From Elusimicrobia bacterium GWC2_64_44 (lineage in GTDB: Bacteria; Elusimicrobiota; Elusimicrobia; Elusimicrobiales; UBA9959), in the NCBI GenBank assembly GCA_001799845.1, contig MGUG01000035.1, forward strand, positions 717-64,716: a stretch of 64,000 nt of DNA, given 5' to 3'. Positions 39,701 through 54,700 of the stretch are shown here, one piece after another (position 1 is the first letter of the stretch; every line of letters starts with the position of its first letter). Both the position numbers and the translations under genes were made by a program. The notes beneath the pieces are model-generated. The model was given only the letters and a program-made list of their open reading frames with translations. It made no database searches and was not told the origin of the DNA.

Positions 39701-42700
39701 AGCGCTGACCCCGAGCCAGGCCTCGCCGGGCTGCCAGCCGGAGAGCCCCCAGTACCTGGAGTTATTGAGCGGATCGGTGCAGGTATTCTCGGGCGCCTGG
39801 GAAACGTCCTGCTGGATGCGGATCTGCACGGTGGAGATGCCGGCTGTAAAGTCCGCCGCCGTGCCGGCGATGCTGCTGACCACCATGTAGAAGGCGTTCT
39901 CCGTGGGCGGCGAGGTTATGGCGGAATCGGGCTGCATCAGGTCCAGCGTGAAAGTGGAATAGTTAAGGGCGAAAGCCGAATAGTTGCCGGCCCTGTCTGT
40001 CGCTTTCGCGCGCAGCAGGAAGGTGGCGCTGGAGCGCCCGACGGCCCAGGAGTCGCTGCCGGCGGCCTTGTTCTGGGGCAGCGCCGTCACGGTCCAGTTA
40101 GCGGAGGCGGCGGTGACGCTGGAAACATAGCCGGCCTGCCACAGGCCAGTGTTGAAGTTCCAGTAGCGGTTGGGCTTGGCGTCGGTGTCGGTCAGCTCGT
40201 ATTCTATCGTCGACAGCGCCGACGGTATGCCGCCGCCCGCCACGGGATCCTGCGCGGTGCCGGTCAGCGCCGAGACGGTCTGCCTGTAGGACAGGTGCGC
40301 GGGCTGGGCGATACCGGCCAGCGGCGTGCTGAAGTCCACCAGGAAGGTGGCGGTGGCGTAGAGGACCTCGGTGTTGGGGCCGCCGTTGACCGGCTGCGTG
40401 TTGTCCAGCGCCTGCGCCTGCACCTCGAAGCGGTAGCCGTCGGCGCTGTTGGCGCCGGTGAAGGCGCTGGCGGGAATGGATTTCAGCCACGGGCTCAGGG
40501 CGCCGTCGACGGCCATGAAATTCCAGACGCCGACGCTGGTGGTGGTCCAGGTATTGAGGCCCCAGTGATAATAGGTGCGAGCGCTCAGGGAGTCCAGGCG
40601 CGAGATGCGCATGCTGACCGAGGCCAGCCCGGACGCCACGCCCATGCCCGGGTCCGCCGCCGTGCCGGTTACGCCGGCGATAGGCGAGTTGAGATAGGCG
40701 CCGTCGGCCGGGTAGGTCACAGAGGAAACGGGCACGATCGGGTCCAGCGTGAAGAGGATCTCCGGGTTCAGCGGGGCCGCGGCGCCGGGCCGCGACCGGT
40801 TGCCGGCCAGGTCCTTCGCCCGGATATAGAGGCGGTATTGCAGCGAGGCGTTGGAAGCCAGCAGCGCGTTGAATTCCGCCACCAGGGCGGGGTCGGTAAG
40901 GCTCCAGACGCCGCCGCCGAGGGTGTCGGCGTTGCGCCAGTGAACGGCCTCGTTCCAGCTGGCGGCGGGGTCCCAGCCCGTGCCGTTCCAGTAGGTCAGC
41001 AGCGCGTTATCCTGCACGGCTATCTGTATGCCGGTGGCGGGGTCCAGGGCGCTGTACTGCTCGAGGAAGGTGCCGGAGATGGAGGGCAGGGCCGTGTAGG
41101 CGCGGTTGTTGCCCGGCATCGTTATCGTGGCCGTAGGCGCGGAATTGTCGTAGCAGAAGGAGCGCTCCTGGTACAGCTCCTGGTTGAAAGCGCGGTCCGT
41201 GGCGCGCGAGCGCACGGTATAGGTCGAGCCCTCGGTCAGCGCAGGGGGCCAGGTGTCCCCGCCGGAAGGGTAGGACCAGTTGGCGCCGGAGATTATATTC
41301 ACGCCTATGACGCCGTCGGGCACCTGCGCCACCGGGGTCAGGGTCGCGCTGCGCCAGTTGCCGGCGCCGGCGAAAGCGGAGCCGTTAAATGTGTTGCCGG
41401 CGGTGTCGGCGATCTGCACGTCCACGCCGTTGGGCGCGAGGCCGCTCATCGCCTCCACGGCGGGGGCGGCCACCCAGTCCGACGCGCCGCCGGAGAAGAC
41501 CGCGGCGCTGGAGGCGTTGTGGAAGGGGTGCGAGGGCGCGGTGATAGTGCTCGACGCGCGGTTGGTATCGAAGATCAGGTCGCGGGCGTAGACGCCGTCG
41601 GGCACCACGTTGCCGGCGTTGTCCGTGGCCTTGAGTTCCACGCGGAAGCGCTTGTTGAGCGGCCAGGTGGGCGGCGTATAGGACCAGGAACCCACGCCGG
41701 AGACGGCCAGCCAGGAAGAAGGCGTCACCTGCCAGGCCGACCCGTTCCACTTGGGTTTCACGGCGCCGCTCTCGGAGAGGTTAGAGATCTGGGTGAGCAC
41801 CGGCGGGACTATGCCGGCGGGACTGTCCACCGAGCTGCCCAGCAGGTCGCCGGTGGCGCGGGTGGGCCCGTAGAAGGCGCTGGCGGCGGCCATCGGCGTG
41901 GAGATGACGATGGACGGGTAATTGAAGTCAGAGGTCACCTTTATCGAGGAGAACGCCTCGGCGTTGCCCGCCTTGTCCAGGCCGGCCACGGCGATGAAGT
42001 ACTCGTGGTTATCCGTAGAGATGGTGGGCGGATCATAGGTAAGCGGCGGGTAGCGCCACGTGATGGTGGAGGCGGAAGAGGTGTAGTCCACCGGCAAGTC
42101 GGTGACCGTCATGGAACTCCAGCCGAGGGCGGCGGTACCGCGCCAGTAATAAACGTCGCCGGAGAGCACGTGCGAGATGCGCAGTTTCAGGCCGCCGGCC
42201 GCGGCCAGGCCCGACAGGCCGCCGAAGCTGGTGCCGGAAACCTCGGCCAGGCCGGCCTGGATGAAGCTGTTCGCCGTGGGCGTGGAGACCCTGGAGGTGG
42301 GCGGCGTGCCGTCCACCACGAAATTGTGCACGGTCCAGGGGTTCTGCTCGTTGCCGCCGCGGACGTCCATGGGCTCGGCTTTGTCGAAGGCGCGCACGCG
42401 CAGCGTATAGTCGCGGTCGGAGACCCAGTTGGCGCCGTCGAAGGGATAGCGCCAGGTATCGGAGCCCACGGCGTTCTGCCAAGCCCCGTCGAAGGTGACG
42501 GTCCAGGAGCTGAAGGCCGAGCCGGTCCAGTAATAGGTGGTCTCGCCTGCCAGGTAGCTCAGGTGGATCTGCGGCGTGCTGAGGAGCACGCCCACGAACG
42601 GCAGCGCCGTGTCGGCCGCGCTGCCGTTAAAAGCGTTATTGCCGGTCAGGCCGCCGGGCTTGTACTGCTGCTGGTGCAGCGGCTGCGTGATCACCGAGGT

Positions 42701-45700
42701 GGGCGGCGTCCTGTCCCAGATGAAGGTCCTGGAGGAGACGCCGTCGGTAAAGCCGGCCTGCAGGTTGGCGGCGAAGTCCAGCGCACGCACGTTCACCACG
42801 TAGTCCTTGCCTGACCCCAGCGCCGACTCCAGGTTGGGGTGGGCGTAGGACCAGGTATCCGTGCCGACGGCCACGTTGAATGTGGAGGCGGAGATGGCGA
42901 AGCCGCCCGAACCGTGCTCCCAGCGCTTGTCGGCCTGCACGTCGTAGATCTGCACCTCCACGGTGCGCAGGTCGGACTTGTAATTGGGCGAATACACGCC
43001 CAGCGGGTCGTAGGCGGTGCCGTTGAGGCCCGTCAGACCGCGCAGGACCTGCCTGTTGCCGGGGAAAGCCAGGTAGCCTGACGGCGGGGTAGTATCGAAC
43101 AGCACCTGGTACGAGGCCATGCTGCTCTCGTTGTTCTCGACGTTGCCGGCCTTGTCCTTGGGCAGCAGCAGCACCCGGTAGCGGCGGCCGTCCTGCAGGG
43201 CGGGATTTACCTGGGTGGCGGTGGACCAGTTAACGGTGATATCCGGGGTGTAACTGGTCTCCAGGCTGACGCTGTTGACCGAGAAACTCGAGCCGGTCCA
43301 GTAGTAACCGTTCTCCACGTCCTTGATCCTGATATAAACGGCGCCGCCGAAGCCCTGCTGCAGCGAGGGCTGCGTTATGTTGGTAGGGTCGCTCGCGGTG
43401 CCCCAGATCGCCGGCATCAGGTTTATGTTCGGAACGCTCGGGGACTGCACGACGCCGACCGGCTTGGTATTGTCTATGACCATGCGCCGCTCGGCGTTGT
43501 CGCCGGCCTCGGCGGCCGAGTTGTAAGGCGTGACGGTGACCGTGTAAGAGGCGTTGTCCACGGTGAAGGCCGCGGGGCCGTTGATGGCCTGCACCCAGGC
43601 GCCGCCGACGTGGCTGACGTAGGTATAGGTGTCGTAGCTGACCCACGACAGCGTGGGCTCGTACCACCAGGCCGTCGCGCCCTTGTCGCGCCGCAGGCGC
43701 ACCTGCACGCTGTCGGCGTCGCGCAGGTTGGAGCCGCTGCCCTTGATGTTGAGCATGTCGGCCGCCTTGAAGTTGCGGTCGTCGGGACCCATCGGGGTGT
43801 CGATGTAGGCCACGGGCCGCGGGGTCTTCAGCAGGAAATTCGTGTCCACGTTCTCGAACGCGCCCATCGACTTCTCGTTGTTGCCCTTGTCTATGGCCAG
43901 CGCTATCACGTCGTACTGGCTCTCGTTGATCCACGGGACCCCGGAGGTGTTCCAGGTCCAGGTGCTGGGCTGCGCCGGGTCGGAGTTGTAAGCCACGGTG
44001 GCCGTGGTGAACCAGATGCGGCTGTTCGGGTACAGGCCGCCGGGGCAGGCGGCGAAAGTATTGGTGACATTGTCGTAGCAGCGCGGCGCGCCGGTGCCGG
44101 TGTTCTGGCGCAGCGAGACCCTGACCATCCAACCGGCCTTCAGTTCGCCGGGGTAAGTGTCGTGCGCCGTACCGGAGATCGCCGACACCGAGGCCACCTC
44201 GCCTATGGGCACCAGCGCGCGGGAGGTGGGCGGCGTGGTGTCGCCGGTAAAGTAGTTGGTCGTGTACTGCGTTTCCATCTGGCCCAGGATATCGCGCACG
44301 CGGCTCATCGCGTAATAGGTGGTGCCGTCCTGGATGGCGCCGCCCGGCAAGCTGTAAGTCCAGGTGCCGGAGGAGGCGCCGGCAAAGACCGCCGCCTTCC
44401 ACTGGCGGGAAGGCTGCGTAAACGCCCCGCCGTCCCACCACAGGTTGCCGCGCAGTTCCTGCATGGCCACCTCGACGCCGGCGGCGAAAGTGCTGATGCC
44501 GGCCTCGTAATTCTGCGGCGCGGTGAAGGCCCTGAGATATTCCACGGAATCGTCCGCGGTGCCGTTGATGGCGGGTACGGCGCCGATGAAGCTGTTATGC
44601 ACCGGGAAGGCCACCTTGGAGGTCGGCGTGGTCATGTCCACGAGGAACGTGAAGCTGGAGTAGTACGCCCCGGAGACGTTGTTGAGGGCCTGGTCGCGGG
44701 CGTAACTGAAGAGCGTGTACTCGTAGCCGTCCTCCTGGGAAGCCGGGCTGACCACCTTGCTCCAGCTCAGGATGCCGCTGACGCCGAAAGTGTCGCCGGC
44801 GGCGGCGGCCCAGTTGTTATTGATGAAGCTCCAGTAGCTGTTGTCGGAGCGTTTGAGCTTCAGGCGGACCTCGCTGACGCCCGCTGGCTCGATGCCGGCG
44901 TCGAAGGCCGTGCCGGCTATCAGGCCGGTGGAAACGGCCAAAGCGGCGGCGTTCGGCACCGTGAAGTTGGTGCTCGGCAGCGTGGCGTCGTAGGTGAAGT
45001 AATAAGCGGCGGAGTTATCCGCGTTCAGGTTGGCGTCCACCTGCGCCTTGGAGGGCGAGGCCTGCCAGTTGCCGGCCTTGTCCCAGGCGCGGGTCCAGAC
45101 CGAGATCTTGTGGCTGTCCACCGTGACCAGCGAGGGCAGGGCCAGCGACCAGGCGCCGTTGGCGTAAGCGGCGGTGCTCCAGTTGACGTGGCTCACGGAG
45201 CTGTCGTCCCAGGAATTGGTCTCCCAGTTCCAGGTGGCGTTGAAGCTGCCGCGCGCCTTGACCAGCACGTGCACCCCGGCGATGACGCCGGTGTCCGTCA
45301 CCACGCCGTAAAGCATCGGGGCGCTGCTCTGGAAGGACACATTGACGGGAGACGTCGTGACAGAGATCGGGGCCTCGTTGTCGAACTGCACAATCCGGCC
45401 GGCCTCGGCGGGGATATCGGCCGTCTGCGGCTCGCCGACCGCGGGACCGAACTCTTTATTGAGGGCCAGGTCGTAAGCGTAGGTCACGAAGCGGTAGTTC
45501 TGCCGCTTGTTGGTGGCTATGGCCGACTGCAGCCCGGCAGGCAGCGCGTAGGTCCAGTTTACTCCGGGCTGACCCATGCTGTAAGGCGAGGTGTCGACGT
45601 AAGCCTCGAACCACGCGGGCGCCGGCTGGTCGAAGGCCGAGCCGCTCCACCAGTCGCCGCCTACCAGGCGGATGGCGACCTTTACGGTGTAGGTGCCGAG

Positions 45701-48700
45701 GGCGGACTCATAGACGCGCGCGGCGTAGCGTTCGTCGCTGGCCTGGCCCGAGACGAAGGGTATGGCGGTCACGAACTCGTCGGCCGGCGCCAGCACCGTG
45801 GACGTGGGTTTCTCCAGGTCGTATTTGACCGTGACGGCGGCGATGGCGGAATCGTTGCCGGCCAGGTCCGAGGTCCTGGCCTGGACGTAGTAGCGGTGGT
45901 CGTTCTCCAGCGGCAGGTCCCCGTCGTTCCAGTTCCAGGCGGCCGGGGTGCCCTGCGCGGGCAGCCACAGCGTACCGGCGCAGGCGGAGAAGGCGTTCCC
46001 GTCGAAACACTGGGAGATCTCGAGGTCGGAGATGGATACGGCGGCGGTGCTGGGCCCGGTGAAAGGCGCCGTCTGCGCGCTGGAACCGGTGCCGGCCAGG
46101 GGAGTGGAAACGAACACCCTGGAATAGGTGCGGGCGAGCGGGAAAGACAGCGAGGCCAGCGGCGGCGTTATGTCATACGTTACCGTATAAGTGGAGTAGA
46201 CCGAGGAATAATTTCCGGCGTAGTCCAGCGAGCGGGCCACGGCCGTATAGGCCAGGTCGTCCTGCAGCATGGCGGCCGGCACAGTGTAATACCAGGAGGT
46301 GGGCCCCAGTTTGGCCGTCGTGATCCAGTATTCCCCCGCCTGCCAGACCGAAGAGGCGTGGTTCCAGTAGCGCTCGCTGCCGACGGCGCCGGTGGAGATC
46401 TTGAGCTCGGTGCGGTTGATGCCCGAGATGTCGGCCGAGGCCGTGCCGCCTATGCCCGGCAGCGCCCGGACGGCGTTCTCCGTAGGCGTGGTGACAAGGA
46501 CGGCCGGCGGCGTATTGTCCACTATAAAGTAGCGCACGTTGGCGCCGCGCGCCTGCGGGTTCTCCCAGTTGCCGTCCCCGGAGTCGTCGGCCAGGCGCGC
46601 GTCGTCCATGGTCTTTATCTCGACCTTGTACTCGCGGTCGGTGGCGTCCCAGTTCACGTCGGTCAGGTAGACCCAGGTGCCGCCAGTTCCGGCCGGCGTC
46701 ACCTGCACCGGCTGCCAGGCGGCCTCGGCCCCGCTCAGGGTGAAGTTGGGCGGAGTCCAGTACCAGGTGTCGTTGCCCTGCAGGTAGGACAGGCGGATGC
46801 GGCCGTCGCTCAGGCCGGCGTTGTTCTGGCTGTAGGCGTTGTCGTTGGCCGAGCCCTGCAGGCGGGTGCTGGTGGCGCCCTTGCCGATATTGGCCGGCCT
46901 GTAGCGGCCGTTCACGCCGTCCAGGTCATCGGCCGGCAGCGTGAAGAGCGAGGCCGGCGGCATCTTGTCCATCTTGATCACGCGCGAGGAGACCGGCGCG
47001 GAGAACTGGTCCTGCTCGTTGCCGCCCACGTCGAGGCCCTTGGCCAGCACCAGGTACGCCAGGCCGCTGGTGCCTGCGGTAAAGCGGCTGTCGAGGCCGG
47101 AGGGCGCGTACATCCAGCTGGTGGCGTCCGGCGAGAGGAAGCCGCTGGTATTGCCCTTCAGGGCTATCCAGACCGGAGCCGCGCCGCCGGCCAGGAAGTC
47201 GGTGCCGTTGAACCACTGCGGCGGGGTGTCCAGCTGCTGCACGGCTATATAGACCTCGGAGTTCTGGAAATTGTCGAGCGCCGTGCCGGAAAGAGCTGCC
47301 AGCTGCCGCACGCCGCTGGCGTTGGCGTCCTGCGGCGCGCCTATGTTGGCGGTAGGCGACGTGATGTCTATAGTGAACTGGAAAGGCGCGGCGGAACCGT
47401 TGTTGCCGGCTTTGTCCGTGGCCACCAGTTCCACCACGTAGGTATGGTCGGGTTCGAAGGCCCGGCCGGCGGAGAAATAGTCGGTGGTATAGGTGAGCAG
47501 GCCGGTCTTCAGCGTATCGTTCCAGTTCAGCGAGGCCGTGAGGTTGGTGAACGGCGGCGCCGCGGCGGTGAAGGTGGAGGCCTGAGTGTTCCAGAACTCC
47601 TCAGCGCCCTGGCGCTTGACCCTGAAGTAGGCGGAAACCACGGTGCCGGGGGAGGTATCGGCCACGGTGCCGGCCAGCGCGCCCAGGGAGCGCAGGTAGA
47701 CCTTGTTGGGCATGGTGACGCCGGCGGACGGGTTGGTGATGTCCAGCACGAACTCGCGGCCGAGGGCAGGCGTTTCGGCGAGGCCGTTGGTGTGGGAGGC
47801 CTTGGAGGCCACGCTATAACGCCTGTTGCCGTTCCACGCCGGCACGGTCAGGGCCCAGCCGGGACCCGGGAAGGTATTAACCCCGACGTAGCCGGGAGTG
47901 ACCGCCCAGGCGGTGGTGGTAGAGACCCAGCTCACACCGCTCCAGACCAGGTCGTCGTTGCCCTCGCCCAGCTTAAGGTCGGGGCCGTAATCCAGTATGC
48001 GCACGGCCACGGTGGTGGCGTAGACGGCGGTACCCAGGATGGACGGTATGGTGTCGGCCCGGTAATGCGGCACACCGGCGGGCGGGGTATTGATGGAGGA
48101 GACCGGCGGCGGCGGGAACAGCTTGAACTGTATCAGAGCGGAATCGGGCAGGGCCTGGCCCGGCTTGGGGACCTCGTTGGCGGCCTGGTCCACCGCCTTG
48201 GCGAAGATCTGGTACTGCACGCCGGTCATCTCGGTGTACCAGGTGGGCGAGGACGGCCCGGTGGCCTGCCAGGAACCGCCGGCCACGGTCGTCGCGTCGT
48301 AGAATTTCTCCGTCCCCAGGTCCCAGGCGCCTGTGACGTTGTTCCAGTACTTGCCGGCGCAGACGCTGTCCACGCAGTAGTAAGAGATGCTCACCTTGTC
48401 CAGCGTGCCGGGCGCGAAGTCGGAGGCGGAACCGGAAATAACGGTCAGCTCGGAATGCACGTCTACGCCGTGCGTCGGGTAGGTCACGGTGGAAACGGGG
48501 TTAGTGAAGTCGGCCTTGACGGCCGTGGCGGTGGCGTAGACCAGCTGGTAGTTGCCGGCGCGGTCGCGCGCCCAGGCGTCCACCTCGTAGGTCTCGCCGC
48601 TCTGCCACGGCGCGGTATTGAGCTGCCACCAGGTGCCGCCGGAGCTGAGGGTGCCGTAGCCCAGCACGCTGTTCTCTATGGCGCCTACGGCCCAGGAAGA

Positions 48701-51700
48701 CCCGGCTATGCTCCAGTACTTGCCGGCCTCGGCGCCGGCGGTCTGCTTAATGCGCACCTGGATATCGTAAACGCGCCCGTTGGGGCGGTCGAAGGAGCCG
48801 CCGGTGATCTTGCCGGTCTGGCTGATATAGCCGTTGTTGTACGGGTAGAAGATGGCCGCCGTCGGGCGCGTGACGTCGTAGATGAACGAGGATTTCAGCC
48901 CGTAGCCTTCCTGGTTAAGGGCGGCGTCGCCGGCGTTGGTACGCACGTAGAAGATCCTGCCGTCATTGCCCGCGAACATGGCCGGGTTGATGTCCCAGGT
49001 CCAGTTGGCGTAGGGAGAGTTGGCGCTGAGCTGCTGCGGCGTGGCGCTCCAGCCGTTGACGCCGTTCCAGTACCAGCCGTCGGAGTCGCGCGTAACGTAG
49101 AGGGACAGTTCCGAAACGCCGGAAGAGCCGGGGTCGTAGCTGGTGCCCTGCACCTGGCCCGGCAGCGTGTTGAGGTGCTGCGCTTCGGAAGGCACCGTAA
49201 CGGTGGAAACGGGGGCCTCGCTATCGTAGAGGAACGTCGCCGTGGTATAGACGGTGTCGTAGTTGCCGGTTATGTCTACCGCGCGGGCGCGGATGCGGTA
49301 GGAGGCGCCGCTGGTCCAGGTGGAATCCTGGATGTTATAGGACCAGGTGGAAGAGGTGGTCCAGACGGTCTCCGTGACGGGCAGCCAGGGCGCGGCGTTC
49401 TCCTGCGCGCCGGGCGCAGACCAGGGCGGGTTCAGCGCCGGGTTGTAGTATTTATTCAGCGAGGTCATGAACACCGTGATGCGGGTGCTGGCCACCTTCA
49501 GGTTGTCGCCGGAAGTACCGCCTATCACGGGCAGGCTGTTATAGCTGGGCAGCACCGGGGCGGTGAAGTAGCTGACCGGCTTCTCGTTGTCGTAGCGGAT
49601 CGTGACGCCGTTGGCGGGCGGCACGTCGGTATCCAGCGGCTGGCCGCTGTTGGGCCCGTATTCCGGGTTGAGCGCCAGGTCGTAGGAGAAGGGCACTATG
49701 CGGTACTGGGAATTCTGGTTCAGCGGGTTGGTCAGGTAAGTGACCATGCCGCTCGGCAGGGAATAGACGAATTTGCCGGTATTGATGCCAGTGGTGGTCA
49801 GGTTCGCCTCGTACCACTTCGGGTCGGTTCCGGTGAAGTCGGTGTCGTTCCACCACCCGAGCTCGGCGCCGGTCAGGCGCTTGAGGGCCACCTTCACGGT
49901 ATAGGTGCCCAGGTCGGCCCGGTAAGTGTCGGCGAAATCCGCGGCCGTGCCGAGGATCTGCGTGAAGCCCGTGGTATAGCCGGTCAGGGGATAGGTGATC
50001 GTGGAAGTAGGCGTGTTGAGGTCGTACTTCACGGTCACGGCGGAAGGCGCGGACTCGTTGCCGGCGAAGTCGACGGCCTTGGCCTCTATCTTGTACTGGC
50101 GGTTGCCGGAGAAGGTCAGGAAGGCGCTGTTGTAGGTCCAGTTCGCCGGGGCGCCCTGAGCCGCCAGCCAGAAAGGACAGGCCACGAAGAACGAGCCGTT
50201 AAAACAGGTGGTGTTGCCCAGGTCGGTGATCTGCAGAGTGACCCCGCTGACCTTGGCGTAGGTCTCGGCCTGGTCGTCCTGGTTGGACGTGCCGGCGAGA
50301 GGCGTGGAGAGTTTGATGCCGGAATAGGCGACGCCCTGCGCCGGGTGCGCGACGGCCACGTACGGCGCCACCGTGTCGTACACGAACGTGTAGGTGGAGT
50401 AGAGCGAGGAATAGTTGCCGGCGTAGTCCTTGCTGCGCACGTCGGCGGTATACGCTTTGTCGTCGACCAGGATAGACCCGGGCAGCGTGTAATACCAGGA
50501 GGTCGGCCCTTCTTTAGTCGTCTGTATCCAGGTCTCTACGGTCTCGGTCCAGGCGGAGCCGCTCCAGTAGCGGATGCCGGTGCCCGTGCCGGTGGAGAGC
50601 CGTATCTGCGTGAATTCGTGGCCGGCCAGGTCCGCGTTGGCGGTGCCGTAGATCGTGAAGGGCGTCTTCTGCGCCAGGGCCGTAGGGGAGGTGATCAGCA
50701 CCGCGGGCGGCGTGCCGTCCACTATGAAGGTCCTGGTGGTATAGGCCGTCTCCCAGTTGCCCTCCCCCCCGTCGTTGGGCAGGCGCGCGTCGTCCATGGC
50801 CCGGGCCTGCAGGCGGTACTCCCGGTCCTGGGCCGGCCAGTTTATCGCCGTGTAATAGTCCCATGACCAGCTGGGAGCCGCGCCGGAAAGGTCCGCGTCG
50901 GCCCAGGAAGTGACCTCGGTCACGGTCCAGGAACTGAAGGCGGCGCCGGTCCAGTAATAGGTGTCTCCGGACTGCAGGTAGCTGAGGCGCACCTGCACCG
51001 TATTCACGCCCGCGCTGGTGGAAGCGGGCAGGTCGAACGCGGAACCGCGGAAATACGAGCCGGCCTGGCCTATCGCGAGCGGGTGGTAGCGGCCGGTAAC
51101 CCCGCCGGCGTCGTCGACAGGGCGGGAGATGGAGGAACCGGGCTTTTCCTTGTCCACGCGGACGATGATGGAGGAGACGCCCACGCCGAACTGCGTCTGC
51201 AGGTTGCCGGCGGTATCGGAGGAACGGACCAGCACGAGGTAGTTGAAGCCGGAAGCGAAGTCGTCGTCGAGGCCGGCCGGGGCGTAGGCCCAGCTGGTGG
51301 CGTCCGGGGACAGGAAGCCGTTGGCGCCGGTGATCCTTATCCAGCTCGGGTTGTCGCCCGACACCGTGAAGTCGGAGCCGCTGTACCAGCGCTGCGGGTC
51401 GGCGTACTTGCGGATGGCGATGTCCACCGCGGCGTTGCTGTAGGCGTCCTGCGCGGTGCCGGAGAGGGCGGGCAGCGTGCGTACGCCGTTGCCGTTGGCG
51501 TCGCCGGGCGAGGAAATGCCCGCCGACGGAGGGGTCCTGTCCACCACTATGCGTTTGCCGATGCCGGGCGGGATATCGGCCGCCTGCGGCTCGCCGGAAT
51601 TGGGGCCGAACTCGCGGTTGCTGGCCAGGTCGTAGGACCACGGCACCAGCCAGTAAGCGACGCCCTCATTGGCGACAAGGTCCATCTCGGACTTCATGCC

Positions 51701-54700
51701 AGCCGGTAGAGTGTAGGTGAAGTTCACCGGGAAATTGCCGGCCGCCGTGTCGGTATAGGTCTCGTACCAGGCCGGCTGCACGCCGCCGAAGTCGGCGCCG
51801 TTCCACCAGCCCGCCGGCGCGCTCACGCGCATCACGGCTACCTTGACGGTATAGGTGCCCAGCTTGGCCTCGTAGGCGCGCCCGCCGTACTGTTCGTCCG
51901 TGGCCTGGCCGCGCAGCTGGCCGAAGCCGGTGGTAGAGCCCTGCAGCGGGTAATTTATGGTCGAGGTCGGACGCTCCAGGTCGTAATTGATGGTGGCGGT
52001 GACCGGCGCGGATTCGTTGCCGGCGAAGTCCACGGATTTGGCACGCACTATGTAGCGGTGGTCGTTGACAAAGACCAGGTCCGGGTCATTGAAGGTCCAG
52101 TTGGCCGGGTTGCCCTGCGCGCCTTGCCAGACGGGGCAGGGCGAGAAGCCGGCGCCGTTGAAGCAGCCCGGGGCCGTCAGGTCTTCTACCTGCACCGTCA
52201 CCGTGCTGACAAGCGAGTAGGGATCCGTCTGATCGGCCTGGTCGGAGGCGCCGACGGCTTCGGTGGAGAGCTTGACGTGCGAGTAAGTCCCTCCTTCGGC
52301 CGGATGCGACATCGAGACATGGGGCGCGACGTCGTCGAAGGTGAAGTTATAGGTCGAATAGAGCGTCGAGTAATTGCCGGCGCTGTCGAGAGTGCGGGCC
52401 TCGGCGGCATACGGCATGTCGCTGGCCAGCATGGCGCCGGGCAGGGTGTAATACCAGGAGGTAGACCCCTGCTTGACGGACTGGATCCAGGCCGCGGGAT
52501 CGTTGCCGTCGGCGGTCCAGCCGGCGCCGGACCAGTAGCGGGTGTTCACGCCGGAACCGGTGGAAACGCGCACGTAGGTCTTATCGTGGCCGGACTTGTC
52601 CGCGTTGGCGGTACCGTAGATGGTGAAAACGGCCCGCTGCGCCGGAGCGGTGGGCGAGGTGACCAGCACCGCCGGCGGGGTGGTGTCGAGCACTACCTCG
52701 TAAACGGTGCCGAAGGCGCCGGAATTCTGCGGCACGGCGTTGTCTATGCCGCGCACGGCCACCATGTATTTCTGGTCCGAATAGAAGTTCGCCGAAGGCA
52801 GGGTATAGTCCCAGTTCGGAGGCGTAAAGGCGTCCGGCTGGAAATCGGAAGGCGTGGAAGACCAGGAGAGGCCCGTCCAGTAATAGGTAGTGCTGCCCTC
52901 CAGCCTGCCTATCTGCACCCGCAGGTTGGCTACGCTGTCGACCCCGGCCGGGGTATCCGAGGCGAGGCCGCTTATGGTCCAGGCGGACCCCGGGTTCACG
53001 CTGCCGTTCCCGTCGCCGTCCTCATAGCCGGTTATCGACGCCGCCGGCGGCTGCACGTCCCAGACCATGGTGAACGAGGATTCGTCGAGCACGTAGGTTT
53101 GCTGGGTGTTGCCCTGCGGGAGCGCGGTGTCGCGGGCCCGCACGCGCAGTATGTACGAATAGCCCTGCGTGAAGGCGGCCGGCGGCGGCAGGAGCGAGTG
53201 GGTCCAGGAAGAGATCGCAAGGCCGGGCGCGTGGATGGTGGAAGTGCCCCAGTAGACTTCTGCCTCCTGCGTCTGGGCAGCGTCCCAGGTACCGGTGTTC
53301 CACTTCCAGTAGCGCAGCGCGTCGCTGCCCTGCGCGGGCCGCTTGATATGCACCAGCACCTTGTCCAGTTTGCCGACGGCGCCGCCGGGGCCGGCCACGT
53401 CCCAGGCTGTGCCGTGCAGCGCGTCCAGCGAGGACCGGACATTGCCGCTGACCGCGGTGACGGTGGAGTTGACGGCGATATAATCGTCGAGCTGCGCCAC
53501 CGGCGAACTGCGGTCCACGATGAAATCCACCGCCGCGCCCAACTGCTGGTTGGTGGCCCGGTCGCTGGCCCTGGGCGTAATGCGGTAGCTGCCGCCGTCG
53601 GTCCAGGCCGGCAGGTTCACGCCGAGCGACCAGACCGTGCCGGCCACGGTAGTAGTGGACCAGACTATGCTGTCCTGCCACGCGGTGGTGACCGGGTTCC
53701 AGTAGGTGGTGGACTGCGACAGGTCCTGTATGGCTATCTCGCTCTTGTCCAGCAGGCCGGGCGAGACGTCCGAGACGGCGCCGGACAGCTGCGGCAGGCG
53801 CTGGTAGATCAGCGCGGCCGGCACGCCCACGGCTATCGAGGGCGGCGTCGCGTCATAGACTACGGTATTGCCCACCAGGTCTATAAGCTGCTCCTCGCCG
53901 GCGGTGCCGTAACCCTTGGAGAGGAAGTAGTAGGAGGTATTGTCGGTCCAGGCCTCCGTGGAAATGTTCGTATCCCAGTCCCAGTACAGGCTCGAGTCGC
54001 CCAGGATGGAGACGTTGGAGGCGTTATGGTACGCGCGCGGGGCGGCTTCCGCGGAACCCGGGGCGGAGAAGGAGCTGCCGTACCAGTAATAACCGTCGGT
54101 CTTGCGCTCCACGGAAACCTTCACGCTGGAGACCGTGGAGAAAGTGAACTTGGAGGCGCCGCCGGATACCACCTGGGGTTTCGCCTTCATGTGAGAGGTG
54201 TTCGCCGGCGCGCTGATCCAGGTGCCGGGGTACGGCGCGGTGTAGTACATGTTCTTGCGCCAGACCGTGGACTCGGTGTTATTGGCCTTGTCGCGGGCGT
54301 GGGCGCGCACCGAGTACCAAGCGTTGTTCCATTGCCAGACGGTATCGGGCACGTCGTAGGACCAGTTCCCGCCGGTTATGGTCACCGAGGAGACCGGCAC
54401 CCACGAGGTGGAATTATTCTGCCAGCTCTGGCCGTCGTAGGTCCAGGTGATGGCGCCGCCCTGGCCGCTGGGGCTGTAGCCGAACTGCAGGAGGATATTG
54501 TTCAGTTCGCCCGGCGCGGCGTCGAACGCGGTGCCGGTGACCTGCGGCAGCGGGATCTCGCCGTAGGAAAGCCCTTCGCCGGGCACGGAGATGGTGGACG
54601 AGGGCGCGGTAAAGTCGGCCTTGATGGCGGTGACCGTGGAATAGACCGGCTCGGCATTGCCGGCGCGGTCCATGGCGTACGAGTTCATCTCGTAGGTCTC